A stretch of 64,000 bases of DNA from Jatrophihabitantaceae bacterium (GTDB lineage: Bacteria > Actinomycetota > Actinomycetes > Mycobacteriales > Jatrophihabitantaceae). Each line of letters begins with the position of its first letter. Position 1 is the first letter of the stretch. The position numbers were made by a program, and so were the translations under genes. Below, piece by piece: positions 29,380-38,921 of this stretch. The notes under the pieces were generated by a model, which had not been told where the DNA came from, searched no databases, and worked only from the letters and a program-made list of their open reading frames with translations. The stretch is taken from the NCBI GenBank assembly GCA_045807085.1, contig JBJMIB010000037.1, forward strand, positions 39,546 through 103,545, given 5' to 3'.

Positions 29380-29493
29380 GACGACCTCCCTGGTGGGGAT
29401 ACCCCAAACGCAGGCAATGTAGTCAGGCAATTAGCCAGGCGTGTGGTCAGGCAGGCCGCCGCCGCCACATCGGCGGACCGGACCGTCGGCGGA

Positions 29494-30225
29494 CTAGACC
29501 GTCGGCACGCCCAGCCGGGCCACGAAGGTATACCGGTCGCCGCGATACCAGCTGCGCACCCACTCCACCGGCTGGCCGGCTGAGTCCAGGCTGTGCCGGG
29601 ACAGGATCAGCATCGGCGCGCCGGTGTCGGTGGCCAGCAGGCCGGCCTCGCGCGGCGAGGCCGGCGCGGTCTCGATCGTCTCCACCGCAGACTCCGGCAA
29701 CACCCCGAACTCCTCCTGCAGCACCTGGTAGAGCGAGCCGGTCTGCCGCAAGGCCTTGGCCAGGCCGGGAAAGCGCTTGGCCGACAGGTGGGACTGCTCC
29801 AATGCCATCGGTGAGCCGTTCACCTCTCGCAGCCGCTCGATCCGGTGCACCTGCCCGCCCACCTTGAGCCCGAGCAGTTCTGCGATCTCCGGCGAGGCCG
29901 GGATGCGCTCGGCCGAGACCAGGGTGGTCTCCACCTTCAGCCCGGACGAGGCGGCCTGCTCGGTGAAGCTGGACATCTGCAGCGGCCAGGCCAGCTTCGG
30001 CTCGGCGACGTAGGTTCCCGAGCCCTGCCGGCGCACCAGCCGGCCCTCGGTGACGAGTTCGCTCAGCGCCTGCCGGACGGTGGTACGCGAGGTGCTGGCC
30101 AGCTCGGCGAGTTCCCGTTCGGTCGGCACCGGTGCGCCGGGGGCCAGTTCGGCGATGAGCTCCAGCAGATGCCGCTTCACCACGTAGTATTTCGGCTCGC
30201 GCCGTCGGTCCTCGGTCAACGCCAC
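29494..30225 (-). CDS. dasR: GntR/HutC family regulator, DasR-like
   Basis: PKYY...PTERELA...SRTTVRQAL...QGSGTYVA wHTH plus UTRA domain; syntenic position and adjacent dre boxes. Confidence 0.8.
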   Translation of the reverse strand: MALTEDRRREPKYYVVKRHLLELIAELAPGAPVPTERELAELASTSRTTVRQALSELVTEGRLVRRQGSGTYVAEPKLAWPLQMSSFTEQAASSGLKVETTLVSAERIPASPEIAELLGLKVGGQVHRIERLREVNGSPMALEQSHLSAKRFPGLAKALRQTGSLYQVLQEEFGVLPESAVETIETAPASPREAGLLATDTGAPMLILSRHSLDSAGQPVEWVRSWYRGDRYTFVARLGVPTV

Positions 30226-30267
30226 CGTCCTCTCGTCATGATCTCCACTATCTCACCGTGCCGGGGT

Positions 30268-30283
30268 AGTGGTCTATACCATT
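30268..30283. promoter_or_regulatory. DasR-responsive element (dre)
   Basis: AGTGGTCTATACCATT closely matches the Streptomyces dre consensus (A[G/C]TGGTCTAGACCA[G/C]T). Confidence 0.8.
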
Positions 30284-30329
30284 GACTTCGCGACCATTGA
30301 CTTCGCGCGGCGAACCCGGCAGGCTGGTG

Positions 30330-30345
30330 ATTTGTCTAGTCCAAT
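30330..30345. promoter_or_regulatory. Weaker second dre-like site
   Basis: Reverse complement ATTGGACTAGACAAAT, 12/16 match to AGTGGTCTAGACCACT. Confidence 0.5.
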
Positions 30346-30388
30346 TAGCTGGCGACTTGAATTGGCGCACACCGGGAGAAATGATCCG

Positions 30389-31450
30389 ATGACCCGTCCG
30401 GCAGGCCAACAGATGGCTGCCGAGATCGCCGAGCAGCCGGCGGTGCTGGCCCGGCTGGCTGCCGATGGCGGCCCGGCAATCGTGGCGCGGGCCATCGCGG
30501 GCCGCCGACCTCGGTTCGTGTTGCTGGCCGCTCGCGGCAGCTCCGACAACGCCGCGCTGTATGCCAAGTACCTGGTCGAGGTGCGGCTCGGCCTGCCGGC
30601 CGGGCTGGTCTCGCCGTCCGCGATGACGGTCTACGGTGCCCGTCCCGACCTGCGTGAGGTGCTGTTCCTGGCCGTCAGCCAGTCGGGTTCCTCGCCGGAC
30701 CTCATCGACTCGCTGGCCGCGGCGCGCGGCTGCGGCGCGCTGACCGTGGCGGTGACCAACGACCCGGCCTCCGAGCTGGCCCAGGCCGCCGAGTTCGCGG
30801 TGGACGTGCGAGCCGGCGCCGAACGCTCGGTGGCTGCCACCAAGTCCTACACCGCCGAATTGCTCGCGCTGTACCTGCTGCTGATGCCGCTGGCTGCCGG
30901 CGCGCCGGACGGCCGACAGCTGGCCGAGCAGGCAACGGCGCTGGCCGAGGCCGCGCGGGTCAACCTTGACCAGCCGGCCGCGGTCGCCGAGCTGGCCGAG
31001 CGGTATCGATTGATCGACCGGCTGCTGATCACGGCCCGCGGCTTCAGCTACCCGACCGCGCGGGAGGCCGCGTTGAAGCTGATGGAGACCTGCTACCTCG
31101 GCGCGCAGGCGTTCTCCGGCGCCGACCTGCTGCACGGCCCGATGGCCATGGTGGACGCGCGGCTGCCGGTGCTGGCGATCGTCACCCCGGGGGCCGGTGG
31201 GCGTGCGATGCTGGCGGTGCTGGAGCGGCTGCGGCAGCGTCAGGCGGAGCTGGTCGTGGTCGGTGGCCTGCCGGGCGGTACCCCCGGCGAGCCACCGGTG
31301 CTGCCGGTGAGCACCGAGGGACTGCCCGAGGAGCTCTTCCCGGTGGTGGAGATCCTGCCGCTGCAGCAGCTCAGCTATCAGCTTGCCCGGCTGCGCGGCG
31401 CCGATCCGGACGCACCGCGTGGGCTGGCAAAGGTGACCCGGACCTGGTGA
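30389..31450 (+). CDS. SIS-domain protein, probable glucosamine-6-phosphate deaminase (NagB-II type)
   Basis: EIAEQP, ARGSSDNAA, VSQSGSSPDL, VAATKSYTAEL, EAALKLMET, LLHGPMA. Confidence 0.85.
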   Translation: MTRPAGQQMAAEIAEQPAVLARLAADGGPAIVARAIAGRRPRFVLLAARGSSDNAALYAKYLVEVRLGLPAGLVSPSAMTVYGARPDLREVLFLAVSQSGSSPDLIDSLAAARGCGALTVAVTNDPASELAQAAEFAVDVRAGAERSVAATKSYTAELLALYLLLMPLAAGAPDGRQLAEQATALAEAARVNLDQPAAVAELAERYRLIDRLLITARGFSYPTAREAALKLMETCYLGAQAFSGADLLHGPMAMVDARLPVLAIVTPGAGGRAMLAVLERLRQRQAELVVVGGLPGGTPGEPPVLPVSTEGLPEELFPVVEILPLQQLSYQLARLRGADPDAPRGLAKVTRTW

Positions 31451-32358
31451 GGCAGATGCAACAACCGCTCGATCTGCCGGCGCAGCCGCTCGATGCGCTG
31501 CCGGCGCAGCCGCTCGATCTACTCGGCACCGAGGAGGCGGTGCGGACGGTGCTGGCCGGTCAGGCTGGGGTGCTGGCGGCGGTCGCGACCGCCCAGCCCG
31601 AGCTGGTTCGGGCCACCGAGCTGCTGGTCAGCGCATACGCCGCGGGTGGTCGGCTGGTGTTGCTGGGGGCCGGCACCTCCGGCCGGCTCGCGGTGCAGGA
31701 GGCGGCGGAACTGCCCGGCACCTTCGGCATCCCGGCCGAGCGGGTCCAGGCCCGAGTGGCCGGTGGCGGGCCCGGCCAGCTGATCGGGACGGACGCCGCC
31801 GAGGACGACGCGGCCCAGGGCCGGTCCGACATCGACGAACTCGGGGTCGGCCGGCCGGACGTGCTGATCGCGGTGGCGGCCAGCGGCCGGACGCCCTACA
31901 CCCGGGCGGCCGCCGAACTGGCCCGGCAGCGCGGCGCGACGGTGGTGTCGGTGACCAACGTGGCCGGCTCCGAGTTGGCCGCGCTGGCCGACGTGGCGAT
32001 CGAGGTGCCGGTAGGTGAGGAGGTGGTGACCGGCTCCACCCGGCTGGCCGCCGGCACCGCCCAGAAGCTGGTGCTGAACACGCTGACCACCACCGCGATG
32101 ATCCGGCTAGGCCACGTGCACGGCCGGCACATGGTGGACGTGGTGGCCGCCAACGACAAGCTGCGCCACCGGATCGCCGGCGTGGTCGCCGACAGTGCCG
32201 GCTGTGCCGAACCGGCGGCCTGGCAAGCGCTACAGCGGTGCGGCTGGAATGCCCGGGCGGCCATCGTGCATCTGCTGACCGGCCGGTCACCCGCCGACGC
32301 GGCCAGCCTGGCGGCCGCCCACCGCACCGTCCGGGAGGCGATCGCCGCCGCCGGCTGA
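31447..32358 (+). CDS. murQ: N-acetylmuramic acid 6-phosphate etherase
   Basis: GAGTSGRL, E..PGTFG, AEDD, AASGRTPY, VTGSTRLAAGTAQKLVLN, MVDVVAANDKL. Confidence 0.88.
   Translation: MRQMQQPLDLPAQPLDALPAQPLDLLGTEEAVRTVLAGQAGVLAAVATAQPELVRATELLVSAYAAGGRLVLLGAGTSGRLAVQEAAELPGTFGIPAERVQARVAGGGPGQLIGTDAAEDDAAQGRSDIDELGVGRPDVLIAVAASGRTPYTRAAAELARQRGATVVSVTNVAGSELAALADVAIEVPVGEEVVTGSTRLAAGTAQKLVLNTLTTTAMIRLGHVHGRHMVDVVAANDKLRHRIAGVVADSAGCAEPAAWQALQRCGWNARAAIVHLLTGRSPADAASLAAAHRTVREAIAAAG
31462..31520. repeat. Short tandem duplication in the murQ N-terminus
   Basis: CCGCTCGAT three times, encoding QPLDLPAQPLDALPAQPLDL. Confidence 0.8.
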
Positions 32359-32442
32359 GCACCGCTCTCATGCGACCGGCGTGGGGCTAGGCAATCACGG
32401 AGCCCGCATCGGCCGCACAGATATGGCACGCTGAGGCGCACC

Positions 32443-33927
32443 ATGTCAGCGCTGTCCTACCTCCTTGCCAGCAACACCTCGCTGACCGCGGCACAGACCG
32501 GCCACCTGCAGCAGTTGGTGGCCGAATGGCAGCTGCTGTCCGACATGTCCTTCGCGGATCTGCTGCTCTGGGTGCCGATCCCGCCGGATGGAACGTTCCT
32601 GTGCGCCGCCCAGTGCCGGCCCACCACCGGCCCGACCGGGTACCTGCACGATCGGGTCGGCGAGAAACTGCCCGAGGACCGGGCCGGCGCGCTGCACACC
32701 GCGATGACCGAGTCGCGGATCTTCCGGGAGTCGGATCCGGACTGGGAGGACGGCATCCCGATCCGTCGGGAGGCCATCCCGATCGTGCTCGCCGGCCAGA
32801 CCATCGCGGTGCTGGGCCGGGACAGCAACCTGACCAGCGTGCGCAGCCCGAGCCAGCTCGAGCTGGCCTACCTGCAGAGCGCGGCCGACCTCGCCTCGAT
32901 GGTGGCCACCGGGCAGTTCCCCGGCCCGACCGGCCAGCGCGAGGAGGGCGCCGGGCCGCGGGTCGGCGACGGGATGATCCGGGTCGACAGCGCGGGCCGG
33001 GTGCTCTACGCCAGCCCGAACGGTTCCTCGGCGGTACGCCGGCTGGGTTTCGCCGGGAACCTGCACGGCGAGCCGCTGGTGGCCGCGGTCGCCGGTCAGG
33101 TCGACGACCCGTTCCAGGCGGCCGAACTCACCACGATGATGGACGAGGCGCTGCGCGGCATCCATCCGTCCATCCAGGAGGTGGACAGCGGCGACGGCGC
33201 CATCGTCCAGCTCCGCGCCATCCCGCTGCATCCGCGCGGCGAGTCGTTGGGCGCGCTGGTGTTGTTGCAGGACGTCACCGAGCTGCGTCGGCGGGACCGC
33301 CAGATCCTGAGCAAGGACGCCACCATCCGCGAGATCCACCATCGGGTGAAGAACAATCTGCAGACGGTGGCCGCACTGCTCCGGCTGCAGTCGCGCCGGG
33401 TCGCCAACGCCGAGGCACGCACCGCGCTGGAGGAGTCGATGCGGCGGGTGTCCTCGATCGCGCTGGTGCACGAAACGCTGTCCTCGGCGATCGATGAGGA
33501 AGTGGCGTTCGACGAGGTGGTGGATCGGCTGCTGGGCATGCTGACCGAGGTCAGCGGTGGCGGTGGCCGGGTGGCGGTCAGCAGGACCGGTTCGTTCGGC
33601 GAGTTGCCGGCCGAGCTCGCCACCCCGCTGGTGATGGTGCTGACCGAGCTGATCGGCAACGCGGTGGAGCACGGCTTTCCGGGCGACCGATCCGGCACCG
33701 TGCGGGTGATCGGCCGGCGGGAGGCTGGTGGGCTGATCGTGCAGGTGCTCGACGACGGGGCCGGCCTGCCGGAGCGGTTCTCCCTCGGCGCCTCGGACCG
33801 GCTCGGCCTGCAGATCGTGCAGACCCTGATTAGCGCGGAGTTGAACGCCGGGATGGAGCTGGGCCGGCGGCCCGGTGGCCAGAGCGGCACCGTGGTGACG
33901 CTGCGGATACCACTCCGGCGAAGCTAG
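32443..33927 (+). CDS. pdtaS: Cytoplasmic sensor histidine kinase PdtaS
   Basis: WQLLSDMSFADLLLW N-terminal domain, REIHHRVKNNLQTVAALLRLQ HisKA_2, ELIGNAVEHG, DDGAG, LGLQIV; adjacent to whiB1. Confidence 0.92.
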   Translation: MSALSYLLASNTSLTAAQTGHLQQLVAEWQLLSDMSFADLLLWVPIPPDGTFLCAAQCRPTTGPTGYLHDRVGEKLPEDRAGALHTAMTESRIFRESDPDWEDGIPIRREAIPIVLAGQTIAVLGRDSNLTSVRSPSQLELAYLQSAADLASMVATGQFPGPTGQREEGAGPRVGDGMIRVDSAGRVLYASPNGSSAVRRLGFAGNLHGEPLVAAVAGQVDDPFQAAELTTMMDEALRGIHPSIQEVDSGDGAIVQLRAIPLHPRGESLGALVLLQDVTELRRRDRQILSKDATIREIHHRVKNNLQTVAALLRLQSRRVANAEARTALEESMRRVSSIALVHETLSSAIDEEVAFDEVVDRLLGMLTEVSGGGGRVAVSRTGSFGELPAELATPLVMVLTELIGNAVEHGFPGDRSGTVRVIGRREAGGLIVQVLDDGAGLPERFSLGASDRLGLQIVQTLISAELNAGMELGRRPGGQSGTVVTLRIPLRRS

Positions 33928-34022
33928 CGGGTCGAAGCTAGCCGGTCGTAATTAGCCCGTCGCAGCTAGCCGGTCCGGCGGTCCAGCCCCGGTAGGTACC
34001 GGCGGCCAGCCCCGGTAGGTAG
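33920..34022. repeat. Degenerate 14-bp repeats and a CCAGCCCCGGTAGG duplication downstream of pdtaS
   Basis: GAAGCTAGCGGGTC / GAAGCTAGCCGGTC / GTAATTAGCCCGTC / GCAGCTAGCCGGTC, then CCAGCCCCGGTAGGTA twice. Confidence 0.7.
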
Positions 34023-34133
34023 GTGGCCCGTCGGATCCAGAGGTTCGCGGAAAGCAGAGAGCCCGCCGCGGTTCGCGACGGGCTCCTGATCGAGCTGTGT
34101 TGACTGCTGTCAGGCAGCCGTTTCGAGGATGGG

Positions 34134-34385
34134 TCAGGACATCCGGGCTCGGGCTCGGGCGTTGCGGCGCTTCAGAGCACGCCGTTCGTCCTCGCTCAGA
34201 CCGCCCCAGACGCCGGCGTCCTGGCCACTTTCGAGTGCCCAGGAAAGGCACTCGGACATCACCGGACAGCGACGGCAAACAGCCTTCGCCTCTTCGATCT
34301 GCATCAATGCGGGGCCGGTGTTGCCGATCGGAAAGAACAGTTCCGGGTCCTCGTCGCGGCATACCGCGCGGTGACGCCAGTCCAT
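34134..34385 (-). CDS. whiB1: WhiB-family Fe-S transcription factor WhiB1/WblE
   Basis: MDWRHRAVCRDEDPELFFPIG...CRRCPV..ECL..AL...GVWGG. Confidence 0.95.
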   Translation of the reverse strand: MDWRHRAVCRDEDPELFFPIGNTGPALMQIEEAKAVCRRCPVMSECLSWALESGQDAGVWGGLSEDERRALKRRNARARARMS

Positions 34386-34467
34386 GCGGTAGTTCTCCTC
34401 ACTTACTTGAGTACTGCTGCGGGTCAAAAGCGGGGCATTACCAGGGCTCACGCTTCGCAACAGGGCT

Positions 34468-34483
34468 TGTGAATACTTTCACG
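34468..34483. promoter_or_regulatory. CRP-binding site upstream of whiB1
   Basis: TGTGA-ATACTT-TCACG matches TGTGA-N6-TCACA; whiB1 is a known CRP target in mycobacteria. Confidence 0.7.
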
Positions 34484-34727
34484 AGCTGCGGCGTACTTCA
34501 AGAACCTCTTCCATTTCGGAGGTCGGGGGTGTCGAGCCTCTCGAACCGGGGTTGGACGTGCCAGTGTGTTCGGCCGCCGCAACGTCGCGTATCTAAGCGT
34601 TACTCACCTTGGCGTAGTCAGCAAGTCGGAATTTACAGAATCGACGAGTCGTCGGGGTCTGCACAGGCAAAACACAGTGGTATTCGAAAAGGTATTCGGA
34701 TAATCGGCCATTCTCGTACGGTGGCCG

Positions 34728-35735
34728 TTAAATCAGTACCTCAATAGCCTGGGGTATCGAGCTGAATTCGACCCGGTCGCGATAGTCCAGCGCGTCGCCG
34801 TCGACCTGAAACGGCATTGGCCGGCTGCTGCTGAGCACGAAGGAGTCCAGGTCGTGTTCGAGCCGAGCGCCAAATTTGACCGTACTGTCCGGTGAGCGAT
34901 GGGGCCGCCGGAACGGTCCGGTGATGCGTTTCACCCCCTGCGACGCGGGCCGCTCGGACGGCTCGCCGGCCGGTTTGACCCGTTTGAGCATGCCGGTGAC
35001 GGCCAGCAACAGGCCCACCGCGCCCATCCGGGTGCGTGCGTAGACGTCGAGCCCGGTGGTGAAGGAAGCTTGTGGAGTGGGCGAGATCGGCGTGTTGCCC
35101 AGGTACGTCCAGGGATCGCAGTTGGTGACCAGCGCCATGTGCAGGCCCTCGATCACCCCGCCGCCCGGTAGTTCCAGGCGCAGCCGGGGATGCCGGTGGT
35201 CCTGCCGGAAGTAGGTGCTGACCGCGGTCTGCACGTACAGCCGGTGGGTGGAGGCCTTGCCCCGCCGCCGATGGGCTTCGACCGCGGCCACCACCGCGGC
35301 GTCGTAGCCGATGCCGGCGGTGAACAGGAAGTAGCGACCGTCGGCAAGGCCCAGGTTGATTCGCTGGGTACGCCGGGTGCCCATCGCGTCGATCAGCATC
35401 GAGGTGGCTTCGAACGGGTCGTTGGGCAGCCCGAGCGCCCGGGCGAAGACGTTGGTCGAGCCGCCGGGCACCACGCCCAGCGCAGGCAGATCGGGGTGCA
35501 CGCCGTCGGTCAGCAGGCCGTTGACCACCTCGTTGACGGTGCCGTCGCCACCCAGGGCCACCACCACGTCGACCCGATCGCGCATCGCCCGGCAGGCCAG
35601 CGCGGCGGCGTGGCCGCGGTTGGCGGTCTCCTCGACCTCCAGCTTGGCGTCGGAGGCCAGGGCGTGCACCAGCAGGTCGCGTTGCCGAGCCGTCGTGCTG
35701 GTCGCCCGCGGGTTGGCCACCACCAGGACTCGCAC
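34728..35735 (-). CDS. Diacylglycerol kinase family protein
   Basis: VVANPRA, LGGDGTVNEVVNGL, PGGSTNVFARALG, FQVDGD. Confidence 0.9.
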   Translation of the reverse strand: MRVLVVANPRATSTTARQRDLLVHALASDAKLEVEETANRGHAAALACRAMRDRVDVVVALGGDGTVNEVVNGLLTDGVHPDLPALGVVPGGSTNVFARALGLPNDPFEATSMLIDAMGTRRTQRINLGLADGRYFLFTAGIGYDAAVVAAVEAHRRRGKASTHRLYVQTAVSTYFRQDHRHPRLRLELPGGGVIEGLHMALVTNCDPWTYLGNTPISPTPQASFTTGLDVYARTRMGAVGLLLAVTGMLKRVKPAGEPSERPASQGVKRITGPFRRPHRSPDSTVKFGARLEHDLDSFVLSSSRPMPFQVDGDALDYRDRVEFSSIPQAIEVLI

Positions 35736-35794
35736 AGTCGCGACTGTACCTGGCCGCGGCGGGTCGGCCGGCCAACTGCCTTAGGCTGCTGCGG

Positions 35795-36202
35795 ATGAGC
35801 GCAATCGAGCCGGCCGAGCCGGACGCGGCTCCGCCGAGTGTCCGGTACGCGGCCGGCATCGTGTTGGTGCAGGCGGCCGGGCTGTTGGTCACCGCGATCG
35901 CGCTGCTGGTGCTGGCCGTGGCGCATTCCAGCCAGCGGTTGTGGGCGGCGCTGGCCATCGCCGGCTTCGCCCTGCTCGGCGCGCTGGTCTTCTATGCCTG
36001 CGGCTGCGGCCTGCTCGGGCTGCGCCCGAGCGCCCGCTCGCCGATCGTGCTGCTGGAGTTGCTGGCGCTGCCGGTGGGGTATTCGCTGGGCATCCAGGCC
36101 GGTCGGGCGCTGGTCGGCATCCCGGTGCTGATCTCGGCGGTGGCGGTGCTGGTGCTGCTGTTCACCCCGTCCGCGCGGGCGGCATTGGATCGGATGCGAT
36201 AG
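35795..36202 (+). CDS. Conserved integral membrane protein
   Basis: Four hydrophobic helices, ARSPIVLLELLALPVG; syntenic with the DAG-kinase gene. Confidence 0.75.
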   Translation: MSAIEPAEPDAAPPSVRYAAGIVLVQAAGLLVTAIALLVLAVAHSSQRLWAALAIAGFALLGALVFYACGCGLLGLRPSARSPIVLLELLALPVGYSLGIQAGRALVGIPVLISAVAVLVLLFTPSARAALDRMR

Positions 36203-36229
36203 CCGATCCGGCGCGGTTGGCCGGCGTGG

Positions 36230-37006
36230 CTAGCCGGGCACCTGCACATCCGGCAGCTTGCTGCGCAGGTCCTGCAGCGTCTTGGCCAGCAGCCGGGACA
36301 CGTGGACCTGGGACACGCCAAGCGCCTGGGCGATCTCGTTCTGGGTCTTGTTCTCCACGAAGCGCATCACCAGCGCCCGCCGCTCCCGCTCGCCGAGCTT
36401 GGCCAGCACCGGACGTAGCGTGTGTCGTAATTCGACGTGTTCCAGCGCGGCGTCGGACTCCACCAGCCCGTCGGCCACCGTCATGCCGGTGCTCGAGTTG
36501 GGTACGTCGAGCGGCACCGCCGAGTAGGCCCGGGCAGAGTCGGTGGCTTCGATGACCTGTTCCTCGGTGAGGCCGAGATGCTCGGCCAGCTCGGCGATGG
36601 TGGGGGAGCGGCCCAGTCGCTGGGACAGCTCGTTGATGCCGGTGGCCAACTCGCCCTGCAGCTCCTGCAGCCGGCGGGGAACCCGCACCATCCAACCCCG
36701 GTCGCGGAAATGCCGCTTGATCTCGCCGACGATGTTCGGCGTGGCGAAGGTGGAGAATTCCAGGCCGCGCTCCACCTCGAACCGGTCGATGGCCTGCAGC
36801 AGGCCGATGGTGCCGATCTGTAGCAGGTCGTCGGCCGGCTCGCCGCGGCCGGTGAACCGGCGCGCCAGATACCGCACCAGCGGCATGTGGATCTCCACCA
36901 GCTCGGCCCGGACCTCGCTGTGCCGATCGGAGCCCGGGCGCAGGGTGGTCAGCTCTAGGAAGAGCTGGTGGGTTCGCTCGCGGTCGGGCCGGCTGCGCTC
37001 ACTCAT
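36230..37006 (-). CDS. SigB/SigF-family RNA polymerase sigma factor
   Basis: DDLLQIGTIGLLQAIDRF, FSTFATPNIVGEIKRHFRD, VRVPRRLQEL, TQNEIA..LGVSQVHVSRLL. Confidence 0.93.
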   Translation of the reverse strand: MSERSRPDRERTHQLFLELTTLRPGSDRHSEVRAELVEIHMPLVRYLARRFTGRGEPADDLLQIGTIGLLQAIDRFEVERGLEFSTFATPNIVGEIKRHFRDRGWMVRVPRRLQELQGELATGINELSQRLGRSPTIAELAEHLGLTEEQVIEATDSARAYSAVPLDVPNSSTGMTVADGLVESDAALEHVELRHTLRPVLAKLGERERRALVMRFVENKTQNEIAQALGVSQVHVSRLLAKTLQDLRSKLPDVQVPG

Positions 37007-37419
37007 GTGCTGCGGGCGCCTCGCGCCTTGGTGAGGGTGAGTGCCAGTCGGTCATCGGCGGCCGTGCTGGTTACCGAGTCGGCCAGCGCCGCGAGCACCA
37101 TCCAGGCGAAACTGGTCTGGTCCGGCTCGACAGCCGAGCGGCCGGGCGGCAGCGGAACCGAGACTCGGATGATCAGGGTGTTGTCCGCTCCATCGAAGGA
37201 GGCCGACAGCGAGCCGCCGTCGCCGGCGTGCGGCAACAGCAGCGCGCTGGCCTCGTCCACCGCGATCCGCAGGTCGTCGATCTCTTCGATGGTGAAGTCC
37301 CGGCGCGCGGCGAGTGAGGCGGTCACGGTGCGGACCACCGAGATATAGGCCGGGTTCGCGGGCACGGTGAGCTCAACGGTGTTAGGGCTAGCGCCGTTCC
37401 CGGCGGCGACATGACTCAC
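37003..37419 (-). CDS. rsbW: Anti-sigma factor RsbW/UsfX-like
   Basis: VELTVPANPAYISVVR, IDDLRIAVDEA; coupled to the sigma gene. Confidence 0.85.
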   Translation of the reverse strand: MSHVAAGNGASPNTVELTVPANPAYISVVRTVTASLAARRDFTIEEIDDLRIAVDEASALLLPHAGDGGSLSASFDGADNTLIIRVSVPLPPGRSAVEPDQTSFAWMVLAALADSVTSTAADDRLALTLTKARGARST

Positions 37420-37524
37420 ATGCTGCTCCTCATCACGCCAGCGGACGGCTTCGATCTTGCTGCCATAGCGGGAGAAAGCTATCCCGTCGGTCTGATCGGC
37501 TGCAATGCGGGGCCGTCTGCACGA

Positions 37525-38139
37525 TCAGTCGTCGGCGAGTTCGGAGCCGATGTTCCAGTGCAGGATGACCGGATTGCCGTGCTCGAAACCGAGGCTGGAG
37601 ACGGTGGCGGTGTCCAGCCGCAGGAACCGGCCGAACCGCACCGGCTGGCCGAGCCAGCGCGCGGCCAGGCAGCGACTGAAGTGCCCGTGCGAGAACACCA
37701 ACAGGGTCTGCCCGGACGTCCGGCGGCCTAGCAGCCGGTCGGCCCGGGCGGCCACCTCGGCAGCGGTCTCACCACCCGGCACCGGGCCGGACCAGATCGA
37801 CCAGTCCGGATACCGCTGCTGAATCTCGGAGGTGGTGCGCCCCTCCAGCTCGCCGTAGTCCCACTCGGCGGCGTCCTCGGTCAGCTGGGCCGGTGGGTAG
37901 CCGGCCAACTCGGCGGTGTGCAGCGCTCGGGCCCGGGGCGAACTGAGCACGCTGACCCGGCCGCGCTCGGGCAGCAGGGCCGCTATCACCCGGCCGGCCT
38001 GTCGGGCCTGCCGCTCGCCGGCCTCGGTGAGGGCCACGTCGGCGCGCCCGGTGTGCCTGCCGGAGCGGCTCCATTCGGTCTCGCCGTGCCGTACCACGAC
38101 CAGCGCCGCGACACCATCCGGCAGCGATTCGGAGGCCAT
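37525..38139 (-). CDS. Histidine phosphatase (phosphoglycerate mutase superfamily)
   Basis: VRHGETEWS, SSPRARALHTA, EWDYGELEG, FSHGH. Confidence 0.9.
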   Translation of the reverse strand: MASESLPDGVAALVVVRHGETEWSRSGRHTGRADVALTEAGERQARQAGRVIAALLPERGRVSVLSSPRARALHTAELAGYPPAQLTEDAAEWDYGELEGRTTSEIQQRYPDWSIWSGPVPGGETAAEVAARADRLLGRRTSGQTLLVFSHGHFSRCLAARWLGQPVRFGRFLRLDTATVSSLGFEHGNPVILHWNIGSELADD

Positions 38140-38201
38140 CCGCGCCACGCTAACAGCTCGCCGAGAGCGGCCGGCCGCGCGGGCGATGGCGTGCTGCCAG
38201 C

Positions 38202-38693
38202 TCAGGACTTGGTGGCGCTCCAGTTCCCGCCGGGTGCGCCGCCCACCTGATAGCTGCCGGACATCGAGTTGCCGGATACCGTGCCGGTATAGGTGATTGC
38301 GGCCGAGCCGACCGTGCCGAAGCTGATCTTGGCACCGGTGACCGTACCGGTCAGGCTCAGCGGGCTCGGCTCCGTCGAGAGCGTGATGGTGCCGCTTAGG
38401 CTGGACCCGGTCTGCTGCCAGCTGAGCTTGAACGTGCCAGTGAAGGCGCCACTGTACTGGCCCGACCAGTTGCCCGAGAGATCGACGCTTGCGGCGCTCG
38501 CGGGAGCTGACGACGTCGGCGGGGCGGCGCTGGGACTGGTCGAGGTGTTGCGCGCGGCCGGTGGCGGAGGGGTCGAGGTCGTGACCGTGCCACCACTGCT
38601 GCCGCATCCGGTGGCCAGGACGGCCAACGCTCCGAGCAAGGCAACGCGCATCATGGCGCGGCTGCGCGCAGTGGTAGGCGGTTCGCGTCGCAT
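38202..38693 (-). CDS. Putative lipoprotein with a P/S/T linker and a beta-rich domain
   Basis: Lipobox LATGC; VDLSGNWSGQYSG...GGNWSAT. Confidence 0.7.
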   Translation of the reverse strand: MRREPPTTARSRAMMRVALLGALAVLATGCGSSGGTVTTSTPPPPAARNTSTSPSAAPPTSSAPASAASVDLSGNWSGQYSGAFTGTFKLSWQQTGSSLSGTITLSTEPSPLSLTGTVTGAKISFGTVGSAAITYTGTVSGNSMSGSYQVGGAPGGNWSATKS

Positions 38694-38921
38694 GGCCGTC
38701 CCCCCATCAGGCGTGCTCGCTTGGTCTGCGGGGTTAGGAAAGCGGGTGTCGGCCGGGTTCCGCATCCGTAGCCACTACGTAGCAGCGGCCGACGTCCGCG
38801 CACGTACTGCGTAGTCGCTACCGACGTGTCCGGCGCGGCCGGCAGGCGATGCTGACGTGTGTCGCGACGAACTCGATCGGATCGGCCAAACCGGGGCTCG
38901 GGTCGCGGTACTGTGCGCGTC

